From Mucilaginibacter sp. (GTDB lineage Bacteria; Bacteroidota; Bacteroidia; Sphingobacteriales; Sphingobacteriaceae): 64,000 bases of DNA. Positions within the stretch are counted from its first letter, which is position 1. The number at the start of each line of letters is the position of its first letter. Below, piece by piece: positions 9,315 through 17,708 of the stretch. Both the position numbers and the translations under genes were made by a program. The stretch spans positions 12,846-76,845 of the forward strand of contig NZ_DATJJC010000026.1 of NCBI RefSeq assembly GCF_035492695.1, in the 5' to 3' direction. Below the pieces are notes generated by a model, which saw only the letters and a list, made by a program, of their open reading frames with translations, did not search any database and was not told the origin of the DNA.

Positions 9315-10022
9315 TTAAACGGCTTTCGTTTTTGAAGTTGTTTTAGCTACTGGCTTAACCGGTTCAACCAATTCAGCCAACACTGTACGTCCTCCTTTTA
9401 CCACCTCACCGATCTCTACATTGATCTTTGTTCCCAACGGAAGGAAAACATCCACCCTCGAACCAAATTTGATAAACCCGAACTGCTGTCCCTGGTCCAC
9501 TTTGTCGCCTTCCTTCACATACCACACAATGCGGCGCGCCAGTGCACCAGCTATCTGGCGGAATAATACAGGTACGCCCTTGCTGTTTTCAATAACAACG
9601 GTGGTACGCTCGTTCTCGGTTGATGATTTTGGGTGCCAGGCCACCAGGTATTTGCCCGGGTGATATTTAAAATATTTAACAACGCCTGCGATCGGGTTGC
9701 GGTTTACGTGCACATTGATAGGAGACATGAACACTGATATTTGTATGCGGCGGTCCTTGAGGTATTCGGTTTCGTCGGTTTCCTCTATCACTACAACCTT
9801 GCCATCAGCCGGACAAAGTACGCTTTTTTCATCCGTGGTAATATGTAGCCGAGGGCTGCGGAAAAACTGCAGGATGATAATGAACAAAAGTCCGGACAGT
9901 ATGTAGACGATCCACTTCAGCGTATGCGCCGAAGGGTAATAGAATTGTATCAGGGCGTTCGACACGAATATCAGCAACACGCAAAGCGCTATAGAGGTAT
10001 ATCCTTCTTTATGAATGGTCAT
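9315..10022 (-). CDS. psd: Phosphatidylserine decarboxylase proenzyme
   Basis: CPADGKVV, ISVFMSPINVHVNR and FGSRVD self-cleavage motif; start at the ATG 10022 (MTIHKEG). Confidence 0.92.
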   Translation of the reverse strand: MTIHKEGYTSIALCVLLIFVSNALIQFYYPSAHTLKWIVYILSGLLFIIILQFFRSPRLHITTDEKSVLCPADGKVVVIEETDETEYLKDRRIQISVFMSPINVHVNRNPIAGVVKYFKYHPGKYLVAWHPKSSTENERTTVVIENSKGVPVLFRQIAGALARRIVWYVKEGDKVDQGQQFGFIKFGSRVDVFLPLGTKINVEIGEVVKGGRTVLAELVEPVKPVAKTTSKTKAV

Positions 10023-10044
10023 GTACTGGAAATTTTGTACAAAA

Positions 10045-10866
10045 TTACAAATTTGTAACGAAGTAGAGGTAGGTATAAACAATTGGAGCAGCCAGCAGCA
10101 GACCGTCGAACCTGTCGAGCAGGCCTCCGTGCCCGGGTAATATGTTACCGGAGTCCTTTACATTGATGCTGCGTTTGAACATCGATTCGACCAGGTCGCC
10201 CAAAGTACCAAAGCAGCCTATAAGTCCTCCAACGGTTACCCATTGGTACCAGGGCAGTTCAGCATAAAAAAGGCTCAATATATACCCGGCCAGGCAGGCT
10301 ATCAGCACACCACCGATAAAGCCCTCCCAGGTTTTTTTGGGCGAATGCCGCTCGAAAAGCTTGGTCCGGCCGAAAAAATAACCGCTTAAATAAGCGCCTG
10401 TATCATTAGCCCACAGCATAATGAAAAAACCCAGCGGGATGTGGAAACTGTAATCGCCCAGGAGACGGGTGTAACCCAAAGCATGAAAAAAAGAAAAAGG
10501 TACTACCACGAATATTACTCCCAAAAAGGTGTAGCCGATATTGGCGAACGGCGCAGCCGACTTGCGGTAAAGTTCCTGTATAAATACGGCGGCCATAACA
10601 GGTACCAGCAGCAGCATAAGGCTATGAACTGGCAGATCGGGATCAAAAGAGCCCATCAGTACGCTTGTCAAATAAACCAATATCCCGGTAAATACGCCTA
10701 AAAGCTGTGCCGGCGATGAACCACTGCCCTTCATCAGCCTGTAAAATTCTATAAGCGACAATATGGCCAAAATCAGGTAAAAAGCGTCGAATACCCGCCC
10801 GCCAAGTAACATGGAGCCAAGCATAACTATAATAAAGAAGAAGCCGGTAATGGCGCGTGTTTTCAT
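10045..10866 (-). CDS. cdsA: Phosphatidate cytidylyltransferase
   Basis: HSPKKTWEG and KDSGNILPGHGGLLDRFD. Confidence 0.95.
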   Translation of the reverse strand: MKTRAITGFFFIIVMLGSMLLGGRVFDAFYLILAILSLIEFYRLMKGSGSSPAQLLGVFTGILVYLTSVLMGSFDPDLPVHSLMLLLVPVMAAVFIQELYRKSAAPFANIGYTFLGVIFVVVPFSFFHALGYTRLLGDYSFHIPLGFFIMLWANDTGAYLSGYFFGRTKLFERHSPKKTWEGFIGGVLIACLAGYILSLFYAELPWYQWVTVGGLIGCFGTLGDLVESMFKRSINVKDSGNILPGHGGLLDRFDGLLLAAPIVYTYLYFVTNL

Positions 10867-11075
10867 GGATTGATCTGGTTCAGGATCATCGCTTCAATGG
10901 CATCGCTGAAGTCTTTCTGATGGATGTAGACCTCAATTTGCCCAAAGGTGCGGTGCGACGAGTCCTGTTTATTAAGTAGTACGGTATCTATCTGGTGTTC
11001 AATAAGCATCTGCTTCACTATCTCGGCCTGGTAGTAATTGGTTGACGAAAAAATTTTAATCCAGTTCTTCTCCAT
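10863..11075 (-). CDS. Small DUF2007-like putative signal-transducing protein
   Basis: AEIVKQMLIEHQIDTVLLNKQDS pattern; coupled to both neighbours. Confidence 0.65.
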   Translation of the reverse strand: MEKNWIKIFSSTNYYQAEIVKQMLIEHQIDTVLLNKQDSSHRTFGQIEVYIHQKDFSDAIEAMILNQINP

Positions 11076-12009
11076 GATGAGCAGCCTGCCATTTGTCTGA
11101 AATATACTTATAAAAAAACAATAATAACATCGTTGCTAAAAAACTTGCAACGAAGATGACATTGCTGAATAGCTTTTGTTTGTCGGGGTCAAGGTTGGTT
11201 ATGTTGTTTTGCAGCAGGTAGGTCCACACTACCGCGGTTCCATTATTTACAAAATGGGCCAATATCGCCGGCCATATACTCCCGCTCCAGGCTGTAAAAT
11301 ACCCAAAGAGCAGCCCCAGCGCCAGCCGTGGCAGAAAGCCATAAAACTCCTGGTGAAAGGCGCTGAACAGGATAGCAGTGATCCAGATAGCCACATGTAT
11401 ATGTTTGGTCCAGCGGAAAAATACGGTCTGGAAACATCCCCTGAATAATATTTCTTCCACAATCGCCGTCAGCAGGCCGATAAAGAGCAGATCATATATC
11501 ATGCTCCAAAAGGTTGGCATCCGCATCATGGTGTCCGATAGTTTTTGTGCTTCGTCCTCGCTTTGGCGCATCCAGTGCTCCACCCCCTTCAGCGCTTCGG
11601 GCAACACCATTTTTGAATTGAGGTCGCCCAGGTATTGTATAAACGGAAATACAGCCAGCATCGCCACAAAAACTACCGCCATCAGCATCCGGGGATAATC
11701 AAAATGATGTTTTATATAATCATCCGGATCGTGAACGATACGATAGGCAAAAATGATAGGCGTGACCAGAATAGGCAGCGTAGTGCCAATAAACTGGATG
11801 GTCCATAACGAGCTTTGCACCTGCTGCGAACCAAGTTTCAGATTAGCAATATCGAGTAAAGTGTCAGTACCGTATCTTACGACGACAATGGCCCCGGCAA
11901 TAAAGTTGCCCGCAATGATGGTTGCTATCAGTATCCCCATTAATATCAAAAACTGTAATCCGGGATGTATTTGCTTGTGTGGTATGGGGTTAGAAGAGCC
12001 TTCTGTCAT
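11056..12009 (-). CDS. CPBP (Abi/CAAX) family intramembrane metalloprotease
   Basis: EEILFRG, FSAFH and AHFVNN motifs; start at the ATG 12009. Confidence 0.88.
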   Translation of the reverse strand: MTEGSSNPIPHKQIHPGLQFLILMGILIATIIAGNFIAGAIVVVRYGTDTLLDIANLKLGSQQVQSSLWTIQFIGTTLPILVTPIIFAYRIVHDPDDYIKHHFDYPRMLMAVVFVAMLAVFPFIQYLGDLNSKMVLPEALKGVEHWMRQSEDEAQKLSDTMMRMPTFWSMIYDLLFIGLLTAIVEEILFRGCFQTVFFRWTKHIHVAIWITAILFSAFHQEFYGFLPRLALGLLFGYFTAWSGSIWPAILAHFVNNGTAVVWTYLLQNNITNLDPDKQKLFSNVIFVASFLATMLLLFFYKYISDKWQAAHHGEELD

Positions 12010-12052
12010 AATTTGGGGTAAAATTCGTAATTTTGCCACGTCAAAGATAAGG

Positions 12053-13045
12053 ATGTCTGTACAAATAGGAAATATTGACTTAGGGGAATTCCCGCTGCTG
12101 CTGGCGCCAATGGAGGATGTGAGCGATCCGCCTTTCCGTTACGTGTGCAAGCAAAACGGCGCGGATATGATGTATACCGAGTTCATCTCGAGCGAGGGAC
12201 TGATACGCGATGCAGCTAAAAGCCGGCAGAAACTGGATATTTTTGAGTACGAACGTCCCATCGGCATACAAATATTCGGCAGTGATATCGAACACATGCG
12301 CGAAGCAACGGAAATTGCGAGCCAGGTTAATCCCGACCTGATCGATATTAACTACGGCTGCCCGGTTAAAAATGTGGCCTGCCGTGGCGCTGGCGCAAGT
12401 TTATTGCAGGATATAGATAAAATGGTAGCCATGACCAAAGCTGTTGTGGAAGCTACGCATCTCCCTGTAACCGTTAAAACACGCCTCGGTTGGGACGATA
12501 ATACAAAAAATGTATACGAGGTGGCCGAACGCCTGCAGGATGTAGGGATTAAAGCCTTAACTATACACGGCCGTACCCGCTCACAGATGTACAAGGGTGT
12601 TGCCGACTGGACTTTGATTCGCGAGATCAAGAAGAATCCGGGAATAAAAATCCCCATTTTTGGTAACGGTGACATCGATTCGCCACAAAAAGCTGCCGCC
12701 TGGCGCATGGAATTTGGTGTCGACGGAATGATGATCGGTCGTGCGGCGATAGGATATCCCTGGATTTTCAGAGAAATTAAACATTTTTTCAACACCGGCG
12801 AATTCCTGGAAAAACCCACCATTGCCGAACGTGTCGAAGTTTGCCGCATTCACCTGGAAAAATCCATCGAGTGGAAAGGCCTTAAAACGGGCGTTTTTGA
12901 GATGCGCAGGCACTATTCCAACTATTTTAAAGGTATCGACCACTTTAAAGAATACCGCATGAAACTGGTAACTGCCTCAACTTTTGAGGAGATCAACGAA
13001 ATATTATTTGAAGTGGCTGACAATTATAGCGCAGAAGTGGCGTGA
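12053..13045 (+). CDS. dusB: tRNA-dihydrouridine synthase DusB
   Basis: LLAPMEDVSD, DINYGCP, TVKTRLGW, IHGRT and GNGDI; start at the ATG 12053, TAATTTTG promoter at 12028-12035. Confidence 0.93.
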   Translation: MSVQIGNIDLGEFPLLLAPMEDVSDPPFRYVCKQNGADMMYTEFISSEGLIRDAAKSRQKLDIFEYERPIGIQIFGSDIEHMREATEIASQVNPDLIDINYGCPVKNVACRGAGASLLQDIDKMVAMTKAVVEATHLPVTVKTRLGWDDNTKNVYEVAERLQDVGIKALTIHGRTRSQMYKGVADWTLIREIKKNPGIKIPIFGNGDIDSPQKAAAWRMEFGVDGMMIGRAAIGYPWIFREIKHFFNTGEFLEKPTIAERVEVCRIHLEKSIEWKGLKTGVFEMRRHYSNYFKGIDHFKEYRMKLVTASTFEEINEILFEVADNYSAEVA

Positions 13046-13089
13046 TATTTGAAATGGTAAATACATATTAGAATCATTCACAGTTTGCT

Positions 13090-13476
13090 ATGATAACTAC
13101 AATTACCGACGGCGTCAAAGTTTCTGTAGAAACCATCTACCAGCCAGAATACTCCAACCCTGCCAACGATCATTATATGTTCGCTTACAAGATCAGCATC
13201 GAAAATGTTGGACACAATGCAGTACAGTTAATGCGCAGGCACTGGGAAATTTTCGATTCGAACGGTGCAAAAAGAGAAGTTGAGGGCGAAGGCGTTGTAG
13301 GTCAGCAACCGATTATTGAACCGGGTAGCACCCACGAATATGTATCGGGCTGTAACCTGAAAACTGATATGGGCAGCATGAGGGGGCAATACCAGATGAC
13401 CCGTTTAATGGACAATGCCGCATTTGACGTACAGATACCGGAATTTTATTTGATAACTCCTTACAGGATGAATTAA
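13090..13476 (+). CDS. apaG: ApaG domain protein
   Basis: FAYKISIEN, RRHWEIFD and VEGEGVVGQQP. Confidence 0.93.
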   Translation: MITTITDGVKVSVETIYQPEYSNPANDHYMFAYKISIENVGHNAVQLMRRHWEIFDSNGAKREVEGEGVVGQQPIIEPGSTHEYVSGCNLKTDMGSMRGQYQMTRLMDNAAFDVQIPEFYLITPYRMN

Positions 13477-13496
13477 AAAATCGATCCACTCAAGAT

Positions 13497-13528
13497 AAAA
13501 AGGCTGCCGTAATTCAGGCAGCCTTTTT
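13497..13528. terminator. Bidirectional intrinsic terminator
   Basis: AAAAAGGCTGCC-GTAATTCA-GGCAGCCTTTTT between convergent genes. Confidence 0.8.
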
Positions 13529-13614
13529 CATTGGCGCATATTTAATAAAATAAGAAGCCCCACCTGTAAACACAAGCGGGACTTAAGACTTGGTACTCAA
13601 GATTTTCGACTTAC

Positions 13615-14343
13615 TTAATTTCTCCTGTTAAATAAAAACGATGCATAGTAAAGCAGCGTAGCCAGCGAACCTAGCGCAGCAACTACATAGGTCATGGCGG
13701 CCCACCAAAGCGCATCTTTGGCCTGGGTATGCTCCTCGCCTGTTTGCATAACGCTGTAATTGTTATTCAGCCATGCCAGGGCCCTGCGGCTGGCATCGAA
13801 CTCAACCGGCAGTGTTATAAAACTGAACAGCGTAACCAGCGCCAAAGCGGCAACACCGACGGCCAATACCAAAGGATTGTGCGTAAAGAAAAGCAGCATT
13901 ACGCCGATGAACAGTGTCCATTGGGTAAGCGTCGAAGCAACGTTGACAACCGGCACCAGCGATGAACGCAGGCTGAGCCACGCGTAAGCTTTTGCATGTT
14001 GCACCGCATGCCCGCATTCGTGAGCAGCGACAGCCGCCGCGGCAATGCTGCGACTATAGAACACGTCGGGGCTAAGGTTAACTGTTTTATCCGCAGGGTT
14101 GTAGTGGTCGGTCAATTGACCTTCGACCGAAATAACCTTCACGTCGGTAATATTATTATCCCTTAGCATCCTTTCGGCGACTTCCTGTCCCGACATGCCG
14201 GATGATAAACCGATCTGTGCGTATTGATTGAACTTGCTTTTAAAACGCCACTGCACGATAAAACTCACCACCGCGATGACGATCATCAGCAGCCATGCCG
14301 AGTTTAGCGTGATATATCCTGTAATGAATGATAAATGATCCAT
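13615..14343 (-). CDS. Membrane zinc metallopeptidase (YugP/Zn_peptidase_2-like)
   Basis: LTDHYNP, AAHECGHAVQH and LPVEFDAS; start at the ATG 14343. Confidence 0.88.
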   Translation of the reverse strand: MDHLSFITGYITLNSAWLLMIVIAVVSFIVQWRFKSKFNQYAQIGLSSGMSGQEVAERMLRDNNITDVKVISVEGQLTDHYNPADKTVNLSPDVFYSRSIAAAAVAAHECGHAVQHAKAYAWLSLRSSLVPVVNVASTLTQWTLFIGVMLLFFTHNPLVLAVGVAALALVTLFSFITLPVEFDASRRALAWLNNNYSVMQTGEEHTQAKDALWWAAMTYVVAALGSLATLLYYASFLFNRRN

Positions 14344-14397
14344 AGTAATATGATTTAAACTGGGTATTTCAAAAATTATTCCACCTAATTTATACTT

Positions 14398-15540
14398 TTG
14401 GGCTTGGAGCATACATTTTCATACTGGGAACGTACCGCATTTACGGATAATGCCGATGTCATTATCATCGGCAGCGGCATAGTCGGTTTAAGTGCGGCTC
14501 TGCACTTAAAACGGCAGCAGCCATCACTGAAAGTTACTGTGCTCGAACGTGGCTTTCTCCCCAGCGGCGCAAGCACCAAAAACGCGGGTTTTGCCTGTTT
14601 CGGCACGCTTTCCGAGCAGATGGAATATCTCAAACGGTCCTCAGAAGAAGAGGTTTTGAGGCTGGTGGATTACAAATGGCGCGGACTACAGCGCCTACGG
14701 GCCAACCTGGGCGATGCTAACATCGATTTTCACCAGTATGGCGGCCATGAACTCTTCATGGATAATGAAGCAGACAAGGCCGAAGAAGCGCTCGATCATT
14801 TAACGTATTTTAACAATTTGCTGGCAAAAGCCATCGGGAGCGCTGACATATATGCAGTTGCCGATGCCAAAATAGCTGATTTTGGCTTAAAAGGGGTCAA
14901 TCGTATCATTTATACACCTTACGAGGGCCAGCTGCATACCGGTAAAATGATGCGTACGCTGCTCAACCGGGTTTATGAGCAGGATATTTTGGTGCTGAAT
15001 AATTGCAGCGTCAATCAAATTGAAAACGAGGATGATAAAATCCGTCTCCAAACTTCGCAGGGTGATTTTATTGCCCCGAAAGTAATACTGGCCACCAACG
15101 CTTTCGCCGCCCAGTTGTACCCGCAACTGGATGTCATCCCCGGTCGCGGGCAGGTATTGGTGACTAAACCAGTGCTAGGTTTAAAGCTTAAGGGCACCTA
15201 TCACTTCAACGAAGGTTACTACTATTTCCGCAATATCGACGGCCGCGTGCTGTTCGGCGGCGGGCGCAATATTGATTTTAAAAAGGAAGAAACCTGGGAC
15301 TTCGGCCATACTGAAAAAGTAAAGGAGCAATTGACAACCTATCTTAACGAAATGATCCTTCCCGGGCAAAACGCGGAGATCGATTATTGGTGGAGCGGCA
15401 TCATGGGTTTTGGCGAAGATATCAGCCCTATCGTAAAGGAAGTACAGCCTAATATTTACTGTGCTGTGCGCTGTAATGGCATGGGTGTAGCTATGGGAAG
15501 CCTGGTTGGAGAGGAAGTAGCCCGGTTAGTGTTACAATAA
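14398..15540 (+). CDS. FAD-dependent oxidoreductase (DAO/DadA family)
   Basis: IIGSGIVG Rossmann motif, GASTKNAG and CNGMGVAMG. Confidence 0.85.
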   Translation: MGLEHTFSYWERTAFTDNADVIIIGSGIVGLSAALHLKRQQPSLKVTVLERGFLPSGASTKNAGFACFGTLSEQMEYLKRSSEEEVLRLVDYKWRGLQRLRANLGDANIDFHQYGGHELFMDNEADKAEEALDHLTYFNNLLAKAIGSADIYAVADAKIADFGLKGVNRIIYTPYEGQLHTGKMMRTLLNRVYEQDILVLNNCSVNQIENEDDKIRLQTSQGDFIAPKVILATNAFAAQLYPQLDVIPGRGQVLVTKPVLGLKLKGTYHFNEGYYYFRNIDGRVLFGGGRNIDFKKEETWDFGHTEKVKEQLTTYLNEMILPGQNAEIDYWWSGIMGFGEDISPIVKEVQPNIYCAVRCNGMGVAMGSLVGEEVARLVLQ

Positions 15541-15658
15541 AGTGTTCACGCAAACGCCGCTTGCCAAGCTTTAAACCGGTTCAACTGTTTGATTATCAGT
15601 GTTTCCAATTTTTGGCTATCCCAAAAAGTGCCACAAAATTGACCATTGCGTGAACACC

Positions 15659-16012
15659 TTAGTGTATGTTTTCCTGGTAAGCTTTCAATTGGGTTTTGGA
15701 GGCTCGGTCCATCCAGGCTTTGATCAGTAATATTTTCAGTTCCTCCGGATCAACTTTTGGCAGGTTAACCAGCAGGCAGGGATAATTGCGGTAGTGATCG
15801 GTAAAGAAATAGGTATCAGGATCCTTTGCTATCCATTTGTCGCGTTCATCGGTCCGTATTACCAGCACTTCACCATTTTCCCATAACCGGCAAAGCATTT
15901 TTTTTTGCACATAAAAAGCAGGCGTCCCGTGGCTCAAACCTTCGGTTGTACCCGGCAGCGCCGCCATGGTATTGCGGATAAATTGGAGGTATATGAAGGG
16001 GTCAGTAGTCAT
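15659..16012 (-). CDS. MmcQ/YjbR family protein
   Basis: HGTPAFYV...DPDTYFFTDHYRNYPCLLV pattern. Confidence 0.75.
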   Translation of the reverse strand: MTTDPFIYLQFIRNTMAALPGTTEGLSHGTPAFYVQKKMLCRLWENGEVLVIRTDERDKWIAKDPDTYFFTDHYRNYPCLLVNLPKVDPEELKILLIKAWMDRASKTQLKAYQENIH

Positions 16013-16037
16013 TAGATCCTTATTTGTAATTCCTGTT

Positions 16038-16126
16038 GTCATTTCGAACGACAGAGAGAAATCTTATACACCTTGCAAATCCGCCTGCATCTTCGAAAAG
16101 ATTTCTCTGCGCTCGTTCGAAACGAC
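16038..16126. repeat. REP-like palindromic element, copy 3
   Basis: GTCATTTCGAACG...GAGAAATCTT...AAGATTTCTC...CGTTCGAAACGAC. Confidence 0.8.
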
Positions 16127-16157
16127 ATGTTGGAAGAAAACCAATTATAAAAGCCCT

Positions 16158-16254
16158 GTCATTTCGAGCGTATGCGAGAAATCTTAAACGCTTTACATGC
16201 GTTCCGCCTGTCTGTTCGAAAAGATTTCTCCTCGCTGCGCCCGTTCGAAACGAC
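16158..16254. repeat. REP-like palindromic element, copy 4 (tandem with copy 3)
   Basis: GTCATTTCGAGCG...GAGAAATCTT...AAGATTTCTC...CGTTCGAAACGAC. Confidence 0.8.
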
Positions 16255-16267
16255 AGAGTATATTAAT

Positions 16268-17593
16268 TCAAAACAACTCCACCAGCCTCTCCAGTGCCAT
16301 ACCGCGCGAACCTTTGATCAATACGGTAGATTCTTTTATAGGTTCGTCTCTTAAAGCAGCTATAGCCTGTTCTACTGTAACATAAAATTTAACAGTATCC
16401 GGCTTCCGGCTTCCGGCTTTCGCCTTCTGACTTCCAAATTCACCTCCGATAAAAATCACCTCATCCACTTCCGTATCCAGCGCTTTTCGTATCACCGCAG
16501 CATGTTCTGCAGCCGATTCTTGCCCCATCTCGAACATATCGCCCAAAACTAAAACCTTGCGTTTGGCTGTTAACTTGCCCAGGTTTTCTATCGCAACAAA
16601 CATGCTGCTCGGGTTGGCATTGTAGTAATCACATATCAGTGTATTCGTAGCTGTTTGCGTTATCTGCGACCTGTTGTTTTTAGGCTGATAGCCGCTGATT
16701 CCCGCATTGATCTGTTCCGGTTTCAGTTTGAAATAAACCCCGATGCAAATCGCCGCTAATATATTATCCAGGTTATAGGCGCCGGTCAACTGCGACCTGA
16801 CATCATAACTTTCGCCGGTTTGGTTATTGGTCCATTGCAGGCTCAGGTAGGGCGAATTTTCCGTTAGTTGGCCCGAAACCAGGTTTTCCAGGTCGATACT
16901 TCCATACATCACCACGTTTTTCAGCGATCGCGCATACTGCATCGCCATCAGATCAGTACTGTCACTGTTTACAAAAGTGATACCGTTTGTCGCCTTCATA
17001 TAGTCATAAAGTTCGCCTTTACCTTTTTTCACGCCCTCAACGCCGCCAAATCCCTCCAAATGCGCCTTGCCTACATTGGTTATCAACCCATGTGTTGGTT
17101 GCGAAATGGTACAAAGCAGCCCGATCTCCTTTTGATGATTGGCGCCCATTTCTATCACCGCCGCCTCGTGAGCCGAATTAATAGATAAAATGGTAAGCGG
17201 TACACCGATATGGTTATTCAAATTACCCTGCGTGGCATAAGCATTGAAATGTTGCGATAATACCGCACTGATCAGTTCTTTAGTGGTGGTTTTTCCATTG
17301 GTGCCCGTCAATCCAATAACAGATATGGTCAATTGCCGGCGGTGGTGCCGGGCCAGGTCCTGCAGTGCCGTCAATACATCGTCAACTAAAATATATTGCT
17401 CGCCAAGCCGGTAGGCAGCATTATCGATAATGGCATAGGCCGCGCCTGCGGCTATGGCCTGTCCGGCAAAGCTATTGGCATCAAACTTATCACCTTTCAA
17501 TGCGAAAAACAGGCTGCCCGGTGTAATTTTGCGGGTATCCGTGCTTATGACGGGGTGTTTTAAATAGATCTGGTATAGTTGTTCGGTTGTCAT
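16268..17593 (-). CDS. murF: UDP-MurNAc-tripeptide--D-Ala-D-Ala ligase
   Basis: TDTRKI, GTNGKTTTKE, NNHIGVPLT, DYYNANPSS, LGDMFEMG and LIKGSRG. Confidence 0.96.
   Translation of the reverse strand: MTTEQLYQIYLKHPVISTDTRKITPGSLFFALKGDKFDANSFAGQAIAAGAAYAIIDNAAYRLGEQYILVDDVLTALQDLARHHRRQLTISVIGLTGTNGKTTTKELISAVLSQHFNAYATQGNLNNHIGVPLTILSINSAHEAAVIEMGANHQKEIGLLCTISQPTHGLITNVGKAHLEGFGGVEGVKKGKGELYDYMKATNGITFVNSDSTDLMAMQYARSLKNVVMYGSIDLENLVSGQLTENSPYLSLQWTNNQTGESYDVRSQLTGAYNLDNILAAICIGVYFKLKPEQINAGISGYQPKNNRSQITQTATNTLICDYYNANPSSMFVAIENLGKLTAKRKVLVLGDMFEMGQESAAEHAAVIRKALDTEVDEVIFIGGEFGSQKAKAGSRKPDTVKFYVTVEQAIAALRDEPIKESTVLIKGSRGMALERLVELF
16398..16439. repeat. Six 7-mer units (42 bp, in frame) inside murF
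   Basis: TCCGGCT x3, TTCGCCT, TCTGACT, TCCAAAT. Confidence 0.7.
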
Positions 17594-17608
17594 TTCAATA
17601 GTAAGGAT

Positions 17609-17700
17609 GTCATTTCGAACGATAGTGAGAAATCTTATACGCCAACCAGGGCGCCGGTTTCGCTTGTTTAAGATTTCTCCTCGTACCTCGTCGAAATGAC
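17609..17700. repeat. REP-like palindromic element, copy 5
   Basis: GTCATTTCGAACG...GAGAAATCTTA...TAAGATTTCTC...CGTCGAAATGAC. Confidence 0.8.
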
Positions 17701-17708
17701 AAAGTGGT

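Noticed and set aside
11056-12009. The CPBP family is also named Abi and might be read as a defence gene
   Set aside because: It is embedded in a core lipid-synthesis operon (cdsA, psd) with host-like composition, and nothing supports a defence role.
11753-12052. 100-aa N-terminal extension of DusB, and similar extensions on psd, recQ, rimM, metG and the MTase
   Set aside because: These are longest-ORF artefacts: they overlap neighbouring genes or promoters, and downstream ATGs match the family N-termini.
16038-16254. Tandem repeats with variable inserts could suggest a mini-CRISPR
   Set aside because: Each unit is a self-contained nested palindrome, copies are dispersed across the region, spacing is irregular and no cas genes are present.
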